A DNA stretch of 64,000 nucleotides, taken from positions 160,001-224,000 of the forward strand of contig CAVSNY010000006.1 of the NCBI GenBank assembly GCA_963729605.1. Direction: 5' to 3'. Position numbers and translations under genes: made by a program. Of this stretch, positions 10,317-23,249 are shown one piece after another. This DNA comes from an uncultured Gammaproteobacteria bacterium (GTDB taxonomy: Bacteria > Pseudomonadota > Gammaproteobacteria > DRLM01). The notes beneath the pieces were generated by a model, which saw nothing but the letters and a program-made list of their open reading frames with translations, was not told the DNA's origin and ran no database searches. Positions within the stretch are counted from its first letter, which is position 1; every line of letters starts with the position of its first letter.

Positions 10317-10397
10317 AACCGCCAAGGCGCCGAGGGCGCCAAAAGTTTTCTGTTTCGTCGCAGAGATTGTTTGGCGTCCTTGCGCGCCTTGGCGGCT
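10317..10397. repeat. intergenic long imperfect inverted repeat (REP-like)
   Basis: CCGCCAAGGCGCCGAGGGCGCCAAA ... TTTGGCGTCCTTGCGCGCCTTGGCGG. Confidence 0.6.
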
Positions 10398-10444
10398 AAA
10401 AAATTTTCCGACGTTTCCTGAGGCGGCACTCTCTTTAATGTCCG

Positions 10445-11269
10445 CTACCGGTCACCTGAAACTGGGTGATGGTCCATCGCCCGCCGCATCTCGGCGATCA
10501 CCGCCGCGGCTTGCGCCGGAATCTTATCAGGCGTGCCGGCCAAGGCGCCAATCTTGCTCACCAGCGCGCTGCCCACCACCACCGCGTCGGCGACCGCCGC
10601 CACCCGCGCCGCGGAATCGCCGTCGCGGATGCCGAAGCCCACTCCGATCGGCAGATCGGTGACGGCGCGGATCTCTTTCAGCTTCCGCGCCACCGCCTCG
10701 GTATCGAGGCTGGCGGCGCCGGTGACGCCCTTCAATGACACGTAATAAACGAAACCGCTGGCGGCGGCGCAAATCTTTTTCACCCGCGCCGGCGTGGAAT
10801 TGGGCGCCAGCAGGAAAATCGGATCGAGTCGATGTTCGCGCAAACACGCCATCAATTCACCGCCCTCTTCCGGCGGCAGATCGACGGTGAGCACGCCGTC
10901 CACCCCCGCCGCCGCCGCGGCGCGGGCGAAGGTTTCGTAGCCCATCACTTCGACGGGGTTGAGATAACCCATCAGCACCACCGGGGTGGTGTCATTGTCG
11001 GCGCGGAACTCGCGCACCATCTCCAGCACGTGGCGCAGGCCGGTGTGATGCAGCAGCGCCCGCTCGCAGGCCTGCTGGATCACCGGGCCGTCGGCCATGG
11101 GATCGGAAAACGGAATGCCCAGCTCGAGGATGTCGGCCCCCGCCTCCACCAGCGCGTGCATCAACGGCACGGTCACCGCGGGATGGGGGTCGCCGGCGGT
11201 GACGTAGGGGATGAGCGCCTTGCGGCCGGCCGCGCGCAGGCGGGTAAAACAAGCGGCGATCCGGCTCAT
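10445..11269 (-). CDS. trpA: tryptophan synthase alpha subunit
   Basis: [32 protein letters not shown]. Confidence 0.98.
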   Translation of the reverse strand: MSRIAACFTRLRAAGRKALIPYVTAGDPHPAVTVPLMHALVEAGADILELGIPFSDPMADGPVIQQACERALLHHTGLRHVLEMVREFRADNDTTPVVLMGYLNPVEVMGYETFARAAAAAGVDGVLTVDLPPEEGGELMACLREHRLDPIFLLAPNSTPARVKKICAAASGFVYYVSLKGVTGAASLDTEAVARKLKEIRAVTDLPIGVGFGIRDGDSAARVAAVADAVVVGSALVSKIGALAGTPDKIPAQAAAVIAEMRRAMDHHPVSGDR

Positions 11270-12471
11270 AGGGTGATCCCCTCCCGCGCCGCCACGGTGT
11301 GGATGTCTTTGTCGCCGCGGCCGGAGAGATTGACCACGATGATTTGATCTTTGCCCATGGCCGGCGCCAGCTTGGCGGCCTGCGCCAGCGCGTGGCTGGA
11401 CTCCAGCGCGGGAATGATGCCTTCGATGCGGGTCAGCGCATGAAACGCGGCGAGGGCCTCGTCGTCGGTGATGGCGACGTACTGGGCGCGGCCGAGGTCT
11501 TTCAACCAGGCGTGCTCGGGGCCGACGCCGGGATAATCGAGGCCGGCGGAGATCGAATGGGTTTCGATGATCTGCCCGTCGGCGTCTTCCATCAGATAGG
11601 TGCGATTGCCGTGCAACACGCCGGGCCGGCCCGCCGTGAGCGGCGCGGCGTGACGGCCGCTGGCGATGCCGTCGCCGCCGCCTTCGACGCCGATCATGCG
11701 CACGCTTTCATCGTCGAGGAAGGGATAGAACAGGCCGATGGCGTTGGACCCGCCGCCGACGCAGGCGACCAAGGCATCCGGCAGCTTCCCTTCGATCGCT
11801 AAAATCTGCGCGCGCGCCTCGCGGCCGATGATGGATTGAAAATCGCGCACCATCACCGGATAGGGATGCGGCCCCGCCACCGTGCCGATGATGTAAAACG
11901 TGTGATCGACGTTGGTGACCCAATCGCGCATCGCTTCATTCATCGCGTCTTTGAGGGTCTTCGAACCCGAGGTCACCGGCACCACCTGCGCGCCGAGCAG
12001 CTTCATGCGAAACACGTTGGCGGCTTGCCGCTGCACGTCCTCTGCGCCCATGTACACCACGCACTCCAGCCCGAGACGCGCCGCCACCGTCGCGGTCGCC
12101 ACGCCGTGTTGGCCGGCGCCGGTCTCGGCGATGATGCGGGTCTTGCCCATGCGTTTGGCGAGCAGGGCCTGGCCGATGGTGTTGTTGATCTTGTGCGCGC
12201 CGGTGTGATTCAGATCTTCGCGCTTGAGATAAATCTTCGCGCCGCCGAGTTCACGGCTCCAGCGCTCGGCGAAATACAGCGGCGAGGGCCGGCCGACGTA
12301 ATGACTGAGGTCGGCGTCGAACTCGGCGAGAAAGGCCGGATCGTTACGGTATTTTTCGTAGGCCAGCCGCAGCTCTTCCAGCGGCTCCATCAAAGTCTCC
12401 GCCACGAAGCGTCCGCCGTAGACCCCGAAATGGCCGTTGGCGTCGGGCAGGCTGTCAATCAGTTTGGACAC
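11266..12471 (-). CDS. trpB: tryptophan synthase beta subunit
   Basis: [39 protein letters not shown]. Confidence 0.98.
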   Translation of the reverse strand: MSKLIDSLPDANGHFGVYGGRFVAETLMEPLEELRLAYEKYRNDPAFLAEFDADLSHYVGRPSPLYFAERWSRELGGAKIYLKREDLNHTGAHKINNTIGQALLAKRMGKTRIIAETGAGQHGVATATVAARLGLECVVYMGAEDVQRQAANVFRMKLLGAQVVPVTSGSKTLKDAMNEAMRDWVTNVDHTFYIIGTVAGPHPYPVMVRDFQSIIGREARAQILAIEGKLPDALVACVGGGSNAIGLFYPFLDDESVRMIGVEGGGDGIASGRHAAPLTAGRPGVLHGNRTYLMEDADGQIIETHSISAGLDYPGVGPEHAWLKDLGRAQYVAITDDEALAAFHALTRIEGIIPALESSHALAQAAKLAPAMGKDQIIVVNLSGRGDKDIHTVAAREGITL

Positions 12472-13081
12472 TCTTCACACCTCGTATAAAAGCCTCGATC
12501 TTGGCGGCGTCTTTCAAACCGGGCGCCGCCTCCACCCCGCCGCTGACGTCCACCGCCCAGGGCCGCACCTGCGCCACCGCGGCGGCGACGTTGTCGGGCG
12601 TCAGGCCGCCGGCGAGTATCACGGGGCGGGCTAAATCATGCGGCAGGCGCGACCAGTCGAAGGCCAGTCCCGTGCCGCCCGCCACCCCTTCCACATAGGT
12701 ATCCACCAACAGCCCCGCCGCGTCGCTATAAGTGCGGGCCGCGGCCGCCACATCCACGCCTTCGCGCATGCGCAAGGCCTTGAGATAAGGCCGGCCGTAA
12801 ATCCGGCATTGCTCGGGAGACTCGTCGCCGTGAAATTGCAGCAGGTCCAGCGGCACGGTCTGCAACACGTGGCGGACATCCTCCGCCGCGGCGTCCACGA
12901 ACAGGCCGACGGTGGTGACGAAGGGCGGCAACGCCCGCACTATCGTCCGCGCTTGGGCGGCACTCACCGCCCGCGGACTCCGGGCGTAAAACACCAGACC
13001 GATGGCGTCGGCCCCCGCGCGCGCCGCGGCCAAGCCGTCTTCCACCCGGGTGATACCGCAGATTTTCACACGCGTACGCAT
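12455..13081 (-). CDS. trpF: phosphoribosylanthranilate isomerase
   Basis: [32 protein letters not shown]. Confidence 0.96.
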   Translation of the reverse strand: MRTRVKICGITRVEDGLAAARAGADAIGLVFYARSPRAVSAAQARTIVRALPPFVTTVGLFVDAAAEDVRHVLQTVPLDLLQFHGDESPEQCRIYGRPYLKALRMREGVDVAAAARTYSDAAGLLVDTYVEGVAGGTGLAFDWSRLPHDLARPVILAGGLTPDNVAAAVAQVRPWAVDVSGGVEAAPGLKDAAKIEAFIRGVKSVQTD

Positions 13082-13114
13082 ACACTCAGTGACATCGGGC
13101 GAAAGGGCCACAGG

Positions 13115-13897
13115 TTACCAGACCACCCCGGACGGGGAAAGCGGCGGCAGGCCGAAGCGCGCGGGATAAGTCACCCCGGCGAGATATAAACCATGGGGCG
13201 GCGCGGTGATCCCGCCCAGGGTGCGGTCGCGGGTCTCCAACACCTCGCGCGCCCATACCGGCGGATGTTTACCGGCGCCGATATCCAGCAATACCCCGGC
13301 GATATTGCGCACCATGTGATGCAGAAAGGCATTGGCCTCCAGGTCGAGAAACACCAAGTCGCGGTCGCGGCTGACCGCGAGTTCGTAGAGGGTGCGCACC
13401 GGACTCTTGGCCTGGCAGGCCAAGGTGCGGTAAGCGGAGAAATCCTGCTCGCCGAGCAGATGGCCGGCCGCCTGCCGCATCAAGGACTCATCGAGCGGCC
13501 GGTATTCCCAGGCCACCCGCCAGGCGAGAAAGGTGGGACGCACCTCGCGATTGAGTATCACGTAGCGATAACGGCGCCGCACCGCGGAAAAGCGCGCGTG
13601 GAAGTCGTCATCGACCACCCGCGCCCACTGCACGCTGACGCTCTTGGGCAGATTGGCGTTGGCACCGTACACCCAAGACCGCATAGCCCGCTCGGCCCCG
13701 GTATCGAAATGCACCACCTGCGCGGTGGCATGCACGCCCGCGTCGGTGCGCCCGGCGCAGATCACCCGCACCGGATAATCCGCCACCTTCGACAAGGCCT
13801 GCTCCACGCAACCCTGCACCGTGCGCACCTCGCCGTCCTGCAACTGCCAGCCGGCGAAGTCGCTGCCGTCGTATTCGATACCCAGGGCGATGCGCAT
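13115..13897 (-). CDS. truA: tRNA pseudouridine(38-40) synthase
   Basis: EYDGS, CAGRTDAGVHA, FHARFSA, FLHHMVRNI. Confidence 0.97.
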   Translation of the reverse strand: MRIALGIEYDGSDFAGWQLQDGEVRTVQGCVEQALSKVADYPVRVICAGRTDAGVHATAQVVHFDTGAERAMRSWVYGANANLPKSVSVQWARVVDDDFHARFSAVRRRYRYVILNREVRPTFLAWRVAWEYRPLDESLMRQAAGHLLGEQDFSAYRTLACQAKSPVRTLYELAVSRDRDLVFLDLEANAFLHHMVRNIAGVLLDIGAGKHPPVWAREVLETRDRTLGGITAPPHGLYLAGVTYPARFGLPPLSPSGVVW

Positions 13898-14245
13898 AAT
13901 CCAATGTCGGTCCGAGAAAGGTCGATTATTTTACTTCAGAATGGACCGGGCAGGACGGATACATTCGCTATTCGAACTTTCCCACATTGCAAATACCGGG
14001 ATGGTTATAGAAAAAGTCGCATCGAAGAGAAAAACATTATTTCAACCGGCCGGACACTTCTACACAAAACCTTGCGCTCGGTCTCGCCTATGTTGATGAC
14101 GCTGACCAATAATAATTTAGCTTGCTGCGGGAAAAGATCGGTCCAAACAGGCATAAGCCGGCACGGCGCCCTCACCCGAAAGACAACGCACCCCATCTCG
14201 GGATATCACCGAGAAAAAAGTTTTGAGCGATTGATTCGGTGCGTC

Positions 14246-15226
14246 TTACGCCGGCGCGTCGGCGCGGGCTATTAGGGCGCGGCGTTCGGTTTTGATCAAC
14301 CAGTCGCGGATGCGGTTGGCGTCGCCGTATTTGCTGAGTTTGCCCCAGGAATTGAGCAGCACCACGATCACCGGCCGATCGCCGATCACGGCTTGCATCA
14401 CCAGGCAATTGCCCGCCTCGCTGATGTAGCCGGTCTTGCTCAGATTGATGTCCCAGGCCGAGGAACGCACCAGCCGGTTGGTATTGATGAATTCGATGGC
14501 GCGACCGCGCTGGCGATGATCGGTGACGGTGAACGTGCCGGCGGTCGAGAAATCTTGTATCTGACGGTATTTGGCGGCGGCCACGGCCATGATCGCCAGA
14601 TCCTGCGCGGTGGAGACGCTGCCGCTGTCGAGGCCGGTGGGGTCGGCGTAATGGGTGTGTTTCATACCGAGCTGGCGGGCCTTGGCGTTCATGGCGCGCA
14701 GCATGGCAGCGCGCCCGCCGGGATAACTGCGCGCCAGGGCGGAGGCGGCGCGATTGTCGGACGCGGCCAGCGCGGCCAGCAACAAATCGTGGCGGGTCAG
14801 CACCGTGCCGATCGGCAGGCGCGAGCTCGAGCCGCGCAGGCTGTCGCGATCCTCGGCGACGATGGCGATTTCCTCGTCCATGGGCAATTGGGCATCCAGC
14901 GTCACCATGGCGGTCATCAGTTTGGTGACCGAGGCGATGGGACGCTGCTGATCGATGTTAACTCCGTACAACATCACGCCTTCGCGCTGATCCAAGACCA
15001 GCGCCGAGGACGACCGTAGATCGATCGCGCGGGCGGCACCGTAACGCGCCAGGTCCGACGCGCTGATCTGTTCGACCAAGGCTTGCGCGCCGGCGCCCTC
15101 CGCATGCGACACGCCTAGTGACGCCGCGACCAAGCACAGTCCCGCCAACCCCGCCTTAATCCCGCCGAAGAAACCCGTCCGCCGCATACGTCCCACTCCC
15201 GAAATAATCCTGCCGATCATAACCAA
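14246..15226 (-). CDS. pbpG: D-alanyl-D-alanine endopeptidase (PBP7-like); start uncertain
   Basis: SxxK (ASVTK), SDN and KTG motifs; KTGYISEAGNCLVM. Confidence 0.85.
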   Translation of the reverse strand: MVMIGRIISGVGRMRRTGFFGGIKAGLAGLCLVAASLGVSHAEGAGAQALVEQISASDLARYGAARAIDLRSSSALVLDQREGVMLYGVNIDQQRPIASVTKLMTAMVTLDAQLPMDEEIAIVAEDRDSLRGSSSRLPIGTVLTRHDLLLAALAASDNRAASALARSYPGGRAAMLRAMNAKARQLGMKHTHYADPTGLDSGSVSTAQDLAIMAVAAAKYRQIQDFSTAGTFTVTDHRQRGRAIEFINTNRLVRSSAWDINLSKTGYISEAGNCLVMQAVIGDRPVIVVLLNSWGKLSKYGDANRIRDWLIKTERRALIARADAPA

Positions 15227-15302
15227 TTACACCGGCGAACATAAGATACGCGCCCGCGGTTTTATATCGGCCGGCGGCGCCCTCAGGCTAAATCGGCCGC
15301 AC

Positions 15303-16133
15303 TTATTGAAACAGGCGGTCAAGGTAATCCGCGAAATGCCCGCGCCGTTCCGGACTGGTCAGCGCCTGGATATGCCCGCTCTCGGCGATCCGCCACAACA
15401 TCCTGGGCTCGCCCGCCGCCGCGTACAGGCGTTCCGCGTGGTGCGCCGGCACCACCGGGTCGCGGTCGCCGTGGATGATCAACAAGGGCATGGGGCTGAT
15501 AGCGTTTATAGCGCGAAGCGGGCTGTACCGATTGTCGATGGCCAGCGACAGCGGCCATTGCAAGGGCCAGGTCAGCCAGAACTCCGCCAACTTTTCCCGG
15601 ACGATGACCCGGTAATCGCTAAAGGCGCCCTCGATGATCAGGGCCTTGATGCGGTCGCGATGGGCGGAATGCGCCACCGCGTACACCGCCAAGGCCCCGC
15701 CCAGACTCTGTCCGAATACCGCCATGCCCTGTTGCTCCACCTCGGGACGGGCGGCCAGCCAGGCGATGGCGGCCTCGGCATCCAGCAGCGCCCCATCCAG
15801 CGACGGCGCACCCGCCGACCAGCCGTAACCGCGGTAATCGAGGAGCAGCACATTGTATTGCCGTTCCGGCAACCAGTAGACGCTGGCGATGTGCGTGCTG
15901 ATGTTTTGCGCGTTGCCGTGCAGGAACAACACCGTGCCCCGCGCCTCGCCCCGCGCCGGCAGATACCAGGCATGCAGGCGCACGCCGTCCGGCGTCTCGA
16001 TATACACATCCCGATAATCGAGGCCGACACGGTCCGGCGTCATCACCAGCGCACGCTGAGGATGAAAAAACATAGCGGCGCAACCGGGCAGCAGGGCACA
16101 CGCCAGCAATATAAAAAGAAAGCGGCGCATCAA
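15303..16133 (-). CDS. alpha/beta hydrolase lipoprotein
   Basis: lipobox LPGC, HGNAQN, nucleophile GQSLG, HGDRD, C-terminal GH. Confidence 0.85.
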   Translation of the reverse strand: MMRRFLFILLACALLPGCAAMFFHPQRALVMTPDRVGLDYRDVYIETPDGVRLHAWYLPARGEARGTVLFLHGNAQNISTHIASVYWLPERQYNVLLLDYRGYGWSAGAPSLDGALLDAEAAIAWLAARPEVEQQGMAVFGQSLGGALAVYAVAHSAHRDRIKALIIEGAFSDYRVIVREKLAEFWLTWPLQWPLSLAIDNRYSPLRAINAISPMPLLIIHGDRDPVVPAHHAERLYAAAGEPRMLWRIAESGHIQALTSPERRGHFADYLDRLFQ

Positions 16134-18037
16134 AAATACCAGTGCCAGGCCAGGCTGGCGCTCGTGAATTCAATCTTCCGTTCGCGGCCCTCGCTCAGCG
16201 CAAGGCGCAGGGCATGCCGGCGATTCAGGCTGACGCTCTGTTCCAAACCGATTTCACGTTCGCGGTGCCGGTCGCCGAGCTGATAATCCTGCCAGCGCGC
16301 GTAGAGATTCAACTTCCAAGCCGGATAGAAATGAAAAAATAGGCCGGCGCTGGGACCGATGCCCAAGGCGTAATTCCTTTCCAATTCGCCGCTCACGTCG
16401 AGCGTGCCTTCCACGAAACCGTACACCACCGCCCGATTCCAGTTCCCCAGCGCCAATCCCGCCCCGCCGTTGGTGCGATAAACGGCGACCCGTTCATGTT
16501 CGTTCAGGCGGGTCCGCGCCAGACCGGTGTTGATCTTCCACGACACCGGTTTGAAAAATCCGTCGCGCGGCGCCAGGGAGTAGATGTCCACCAGCGTCAA
16601 CTTTTCCAGGCTCAGATGGCCGCGGCCCGGCTCATGGCGCACGGCGACGTCCATGAAATTGATCTGCGCGCCCTCGGTATAACCGCCGGCGGGATCGAGC
16701 AGGTCGTTATACGCGGGACGGAAGGCCAGGCCCTGGAAATCGCGGCCATGGTCGCGGCCCACGCTCACCGCCAAGCGCCGGGTCGGGTGCCCCTGATCGG
16801 GACGCACCGCCGGCACGGCCGGCGCGACGGCCTCTTCGCCCGCCGGCAGGCGGCTGCGCGCCAGCAGCAAGTGCCGCGACAGCCGCGCGGCCTCGGCGTG
16901 TTCCCGCCGTCCCTCGCCGTCTTGGTAACGCAGCACGGCATAGGCCGCCTCCAGCAGCGGCGCCCGCCGCTCCGCCGAAAAATCTTGCAACACGGCGTCC
17001 GGCGACTCGTCTTCCAGCAAACGGTCGACCGCATGCCGCTCGGCGACGGTGAGCCGCGCCAGCCGATCGCGCAATCGTGTGTTATTGGCCGGGCGATACA
17101 CCACTTCCGCCAACATGCCTGCTTGCTCCGCCAGCGACCGCACGGTATCCACCGGTATCACCCAGCCCCGAAAGCGGCCGGTCAATTCCAGGCTGGGCCG
17201 CGCCACCTCGAATAAAGAAAGCAGGTGATAGGCGCAGTTCTCGTCGAAGAAGTAATAATCAAAACGCGTCGGGCCCAGTTCCCAGGCGTGCATCAACAGC
17301 CGGTCGATTTCCTGTTGGGTGAAGTTGAGCCGGTATTCCCAGATGTCGCGATTTTCCATATCGCTGTATTCCTTTACCTTGACGTAATACGGCGACAGGG
17401 AAAAGGTGCCGGGATAGGCGCCGATCAGGCTTTTCAGGATGAACAGGCCCCCGTTATCGCCGCCGGGACTCACCGCGTAGTTGATGGCATAACCCAGCAG
17501 GCGGGTGCGTTCGTCCTGATCGGCGGCATCGACCCGCAGCAAGGTGTGGCCGAACATCGACGACGGGTTGTTGATGTAGGCGGACGGAAACACCAAGGTC
17601 AAGGCGCTGGCGTTGAGGGCGGCGCGCCATTCGCGGAAACGTTGACAGGGTTGCGGCGGCAGGCGCGCCGCGTCGAAACGCAGGACTTCGTCCAGCCACT
17701 GATAACGGGCGATGAATCGGCATTGCGGGTGTTGCTCGGTATCGGTCTCGATGATCGGCGGCGCGAAAAAGGCCGCTAAAGTCGCGTCCAGTTCGGCATG
17801 GGGATCGGTCTTGCCGCCGGCCGCCAGGTAAAACCGCGGATCGTCGGCCTGGCCGGTGACGCCGGGAAAAAGCAGATTGTCCCGGTAATGCAGCAAGGCA
17901 CGCCACTGCCGGCTGTCGGCCAGGTTTTCGGCGCGGGCCTGCGCGATGAGTTCCCGCGCGTAGTCGTCGTCGGCCGCCGCCGGCGCGGTCCAACCGAGGA
18001 CGTTCAATAGCAGTAATAAGCCGACGAAGCGCGACAT
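16130..18037 (-). CDS. DUF4105 (Lnb-like) protein with probable C-terminal beta-barrel
   Basis: signal peptide from MSRFVG (18037); SMFGHTLLR, YSDMENRDIWEY, YYFFDENCAY; ends WHWYF. Confidence 0.8.
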   Translation of the reverse strand: MSRFVGLLLLLNVLGWTAPAAADDDYARELIAQARAENLADSRQWRALLHYRDNLLFPGVTGQADDPRFYLAAGGKTDPHAELDATLAAFFAPPIIETDTEQHPQCRFIARYQWLDEVLRFDAARLPPQPCQRFREWRAALNASALTLVFPSAYINNPSSMFGHTLLRVDAADQDERTRLLGYAINYAVSPGGDNGGLFILKSLIGAYPGTFSLSPYYVKVKEYSDMENRDIWEYRLNFTQQEIDRLLMHAWELGPTRFDYYFFDENCAYHLLSLFEVARPSLELTGRFRGWVIPVDTVRSLAEQAGMLAEVVYRPANNTRLRDRLARLTVAERHAVDRLLEDESPDAVLQDFSAERRAPLLEAAYAVLRYQDGEGRREHAEAARLSRHLLLARSRLPAGEEAVAPAVPAVRPDQGHPTRRLAVSVGRDHGRDFQGLAFRPAYNDLLDPAGGYTEGAQINFMDVAVRHEPGRGHLSLEKLTLVDIYSLAPRDGFFKPVSWKINTGLARTRLNEHERVAVYRTNGGAGLALGNWNRAVVYGFVEGTLDVSGELERNYALGIGPSAGLFFHFYPAWKLNLYARWQDYQLGDRHREREIGLEQSVSLNRRHALRLALSEGRERKIEFTSASLAWHWYF

Positions 18038-18056
18038 GCGAATTACACACAAAGAA

Positions 18057-18090
18057 AAAGACACCCAGCGGATCAGGCCGGGTGTCTTTT
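18057..18090 (-). terminator. intrinsic terminator between the DUF3015 and DUF4105 genes
   Basis: minus strand AAAGACACCCGGC...GCTGGGTGTCTTT then TTCTTT. Confidence 0.7.
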
Positions 18091-18108
18091 GAATCAACGA
18101 TAAATCAA

Positions 18109-18600
18109 TTAAACGAGACGGGCGTATTGAGCCAATTCGCCGTTTTGCGCGAGCACCCGGTTCAAACCGGCGATCACGTCCTGGGTATTGGCCTGTTCGG
18201 AGGAAATGATCTCGGCAAAGTTGGACTTGGTCGCCGCGAAGAAGGCGGCCTTGTGGGCGCTGTCCACGCCGATCAGATTGGCCAGCGACTCCAAGGTTTC
18301 GCCCTGTCCCACCGCCATGTCATAGGCGAGTTTGTCGAGATTGGTATCGAGGAACATGCTGACCTTCACCGGATTGGCGACCACACCGTCTTTGGCGCAG
18401 CCCAAGGTGCCGGAGGTGATGCCGAAGGTCTGATTGCCCAGGGTGCCGTTGGTGGTGACCGCCAGCACTTGCGGGGCGACGCCGGTTTGGCCTTCAAAAA
18501 TAATGGTGCCGACGCCGCAACCGACGTTGTTGGGCGCCGCCATGGCGGTACCGAGCGGGAATAGAGTGACTAATGCGGCAATGATGAGTTTGTTTTTCAT
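18109..18600 (-). CDS. DUF3015-family secreted protein
   Basis: signal peptide, GCGVG, TTNGTLGNQTFGITSGTLGC, DMAVGQGETL. Confidence 0.85.
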   Translation of the reverse strand: MKNKLIIAALVTLFPLGTAMAAPNNVGCGVGTIIFEGQTGVAPQVLAVTTNGTLGNQTFGITSGTLGCAKDGVVANPVKVSMFLDTNLDKLAYDMAVGQGETLESLANLIGVDSAHKAAFFAATKSNFAEIISSEQANTQDVIAGLNRVLAQNGELAQYARLV

Positions 18601-18858
18601 GATGTCCTTCTCTCGTGTTGAATGAACCAAAATGACGGGTACATAGTGATGTCCTGCCACCGTGTTAATAAAGGCGCGCGTAGGGTTTGTCAAGCGCGGC
18701 CGTGATTGGCCGCCGCTCCGGGCGAGATCCGCCGGCGCTTGCCGGCATCGAGCGCGGCGCGGCCGCCGTCGCGGACGAATTCAAAGGAGGCCGCGCCGCG
18801 CCTTTTTAAAAACCCCAAGGCGGGGAGCCCCGCGGCGACTGCGGGGTATCGACAAGGA

Positions 18859-20574
<1,716 letters not shown>

Positions 20575-20635
20575 TCAATGCGCCGCCGAGAAAAGCAACC
20601 GTACCGAGGCGCTACGCTTGTCTGGCGCGCCCCAC

Positions 20636-22135
20636 TCAATACGCCTCCAAATCAGCGCCTTTGACGTCCAGGGAATGCCGCCAGAATTGATCCTCGCGTT
20701 CGAACAGCCGGTAGGTGCCGCGCGGTCCCCAGGTGCCCGCCGCGTAGGTGTTGATGAAGTCCCGTTCCATGGACCACACCTTGACGATGGGATCGACCAC
20801 CCGCCACGCCCACTCCACTTCATCGTAGCGCAAAAACAGCGTACGGTCGCCCTCGATGACGTCGAGCAGCAGATCGCCGTAGGCATCGAACTCATCATCG
20901 CCTTCATGGCGGTAACTGGCGTCCAGGCTGGTGGTGCGGGTGCGCATCTCCAAGCCCGGCACCTTGACCTGCAATTCCATGCGCAGGCATTCCTTGGGTT
21001 GCAGGCCGAGCAGCATCCAATTGGGCCGCGACTGCTCGAGCGGCGTATTGCGGAACAGGTGATGCGGCGGGTGTTTGAAACGGATGTTGATCGCCGAGGC
21101 GCCCTCCGCCATGCGTTTGCCGGTGCGCAGATAAAAGGGCACACCCTTCCAACGCCAGTTGTCGACGTACAACTTCACCGCCGCGTAGGTCTCGGTGGTG
21201 CTGCGCGGATCGACGTGTTCTTCCTCGAGATAACCCGGCACCATCTGGCCGTTGACCATGCCCGGCGTGTATTGGCCGCGGAAGGCGTGGGCGTGCACGG
21301 CGTTTTGGGTGATGGGGCGGATCGATTTCAACACTTTGACCTTTTCGTCGCGCAGCGATTCGGCGTCCATCATCGCCGGCGGCTCCATCGCCACCAGGGT
21401 CAGCAGCTGCAATAAATGACTTTGGATCATGTCGCGCAGCGCGCCGGCGCCCTCGTAATAATCGGCGCGACCCTCGATGCCGAGGGTCTCGGAATGGGTG
21501 ATCTGCACGTGGTCGATGTATTGGCGGTTCCACACCGGCTCCAGCAGCAAATTGGCGAAGCGGAACACCAAGACGTTTTGCACGGTGCCTTTGCCGAGAT
21601 AATGGTCGATGCGGTAGATCTGGCTTTCTTTGAGGTGTTTGTGCATGCCCTGTTGCAGAATCTGCGCGCTGAGCAGGTCGTAGCCGAAGGGTTTCTCGAT
21701 CACCACCCGCCGCCAGCCGCTCTGTTCGTTGAGCAGGCCCACCGTGCCCAGCCGCTGAATGGATTCGCCGAAATCGCTGGGGCGGATCGCCATGTAAAAA
21801 ATCATATTGCCGGGGAAGCGCGGGTCGTCGTTCAAGGTGGTTTTCAGATTCTCCACCGACGCCTCGTCGTGGAGGTCGCCCTGCAAATAATGCAGGCGTT
21901 CCTTGAAACGCGCGAAGGTCTGCGCGTGGAAATTCTCTCCCCATTTCTCGCGCAGCATGCCCGCCACCTCTTCCATCCATTCGTCGCGGCCCCAGGGCCG
22001 GCGGCCGAAGGCGACGATCACCATCTTGTCGGGCAGGCGGCCCGCCTCTTCCAGTTGAAAGAGCGAAGGCATCAGTTTGCGGCGGGCCAAATTGCCGGTC
22101 GCGCCGAAGATCACCAGACTGCAAGGCTGCATCAT
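20636..22135 (-). CDS. zwf: glucose-6-phosphate 1-dehydrogenase
   Basis: [32 protein letters not shown]. Confidence 0.97.
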   Translation of the reverse strand: MMQPCSLVIFGATGNLARRKLMPSLFQLEEAGRLPDKMVIVAFGRRPWGRDEWMEEVAGMLREKWGENFHAQTFARFKERLHYLQGDLHDEASVENLKTTLNDDPRFPGNMIFYMAIRPSDFGESIQRLGTVGLLNEQSGWRRVVIEKPFGYDLLSAQILQQGMHKHLKESQIYRIDHYLGKGTVQNVLVFRFANLLLEPVWNRQYIDHVQITHSETLGIEGRADYYEGAGALRDMIQSHLLQLLTLVAMEPPAMMDAESLRDEKVKVLKSIRPITQNAVHAHAFRGQYTPGMVNGQMVPGYLEEEHVDPRSTTETYAAVKLYVDNWRWKGVPFYLRTGKRMAEGASAINIRFKHPPHHLFRNTPLEQSRPNWMLLGLQPKECLRMELQVKVPGLEMRTRTTSLDASYRHEGDDEFDAYGDLLLDVIEGDRTLFLRYDEVEWAWRVVDPIVKVWSMERDFINTYAAGTWGPRGTYRLFEREDQFWRHSLDVKGADLEAY

Positions 22136-22137
22136 TT

Positions 22138-23052
22138 TTATTCTCCCGCCTTTTTCACGGCGTGACCGCCGAAGGCGTTGCGCATCATCGACAGCAGACG
22201 ATAGGGATAGCCCTCCTTATCCTGGCTGGCGAAACGCATCTGCAAGGCCAGGGTCAACACCGGCGTCGGCACGCCCTGTTCGATGGATTCCTGCACGGTC
22301 CAGCGTCCTTCGCCGGAATCCGCCACATAAGGCGCGACGCCTTCGAGCTTCTGATCGTGCTTGAGGGCCTCGGCGGACAAATCCAGCAGCCAACTGCGCA
22401 CCACTGAACTGTGGCGCCACAACTCGGCGATCTGGGCGAGGTCGAGATCGAATTCCTTTTTACCGCGCAACAACGCGAAGCCTTCGGCGAAGGCCTGCAT
22501 CATGCCGTATTCGATGCCGTTGTGGATCATCTTGGTGAAATGGCCGGCGCCCACCGGCCCGACATGGGCCCAGCCGCGATCGGCGGCGGGGGCGAGTACT
22601 TTCAGGAAGGGGATCACGTGTTTCACCACCTCCGGCTCGCCGCCCACCATCAGGCAGTAACCGTTGGCCAGACCCCACACGCCGCCGGAGGTGCCGGCGT
22701 CCATGAAACCGATGCCGTGCTCGGCGCACCACTTGCCGCGGCGTTCGCTCTCGTGAAAATTGGAATTGCCGCCGTCGATCAGGACATCGCCCCTGGCCAG
22801 CATGGGCATCAATTCCCGGATGGCCTGTTCGGTGGCCTCGCCGGCGGGCAGCATCAGCCATACCACCCGCGGCGCCTGAAGCTTGTTCACCACATCGGCC
22901 AGCGAAGTCGCGGCGATCATGCCCTCTTCGGCGACCAGGGTCCGCACGATATCCGGTGAACGGTTATAACCGATGACTTCGACCCCGCCCCGGCACAGAC
23001 GCCGGGCCATGTTGCCGCCCATTTTCCCCAAACCAATTATCGCTATGCGCAT
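22138..23052 (-). CDS. gnd: 6-phosphogluconate dehydrogenase, decarboxylating, short type
   Basis: [37 protein letters not shown]. Confidence 0.93.
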   Translation of the reverse strand: MRIAIIGLGKMGGNMARRLCRGGVEVIGYNRSPDIVRTLVAEEGMIAATSLADVVNKLQAPRVVWLMLPAGEATEQAIRELMPMLARGDVLIDGGNSNFHESERRGKWCAEHGIGFMDAGTSGGVWGLANGYCLMVGGEPEVVKHVIPFLKVLAPAADRGWAHVGPVGAGHFTKMIHNGIEYGMMQAFAEGFALLRGKKEFDLDLAQIAELWRHSSVVRSWLLDLSAEALKHDQKLEGVAPYVADSGEGRWTVQESIEQGVPTPVLTLALQMRFASQDKEGYPYRLLSMMRNAFGGHAVKKAGE

Positions 23053-23249
23053 AAAATTCCTTTCTCCTTGCGTCGTGTCCCGCGTTTCGCCGCGCGGCGG
23101 GTCTTCACTATATCGCCACCAAGGTGCTACGCCTTTAATTCCGGCGCTCGGCGCCGAGCGCGCCATCTGTTTGGTATGTTAAGGTAATCCGCCTCATGGT
23201 TTATATGTTAGGCGTTTTCCCGTCAGTCTGCTGTTAAGGAAGGACCCCC

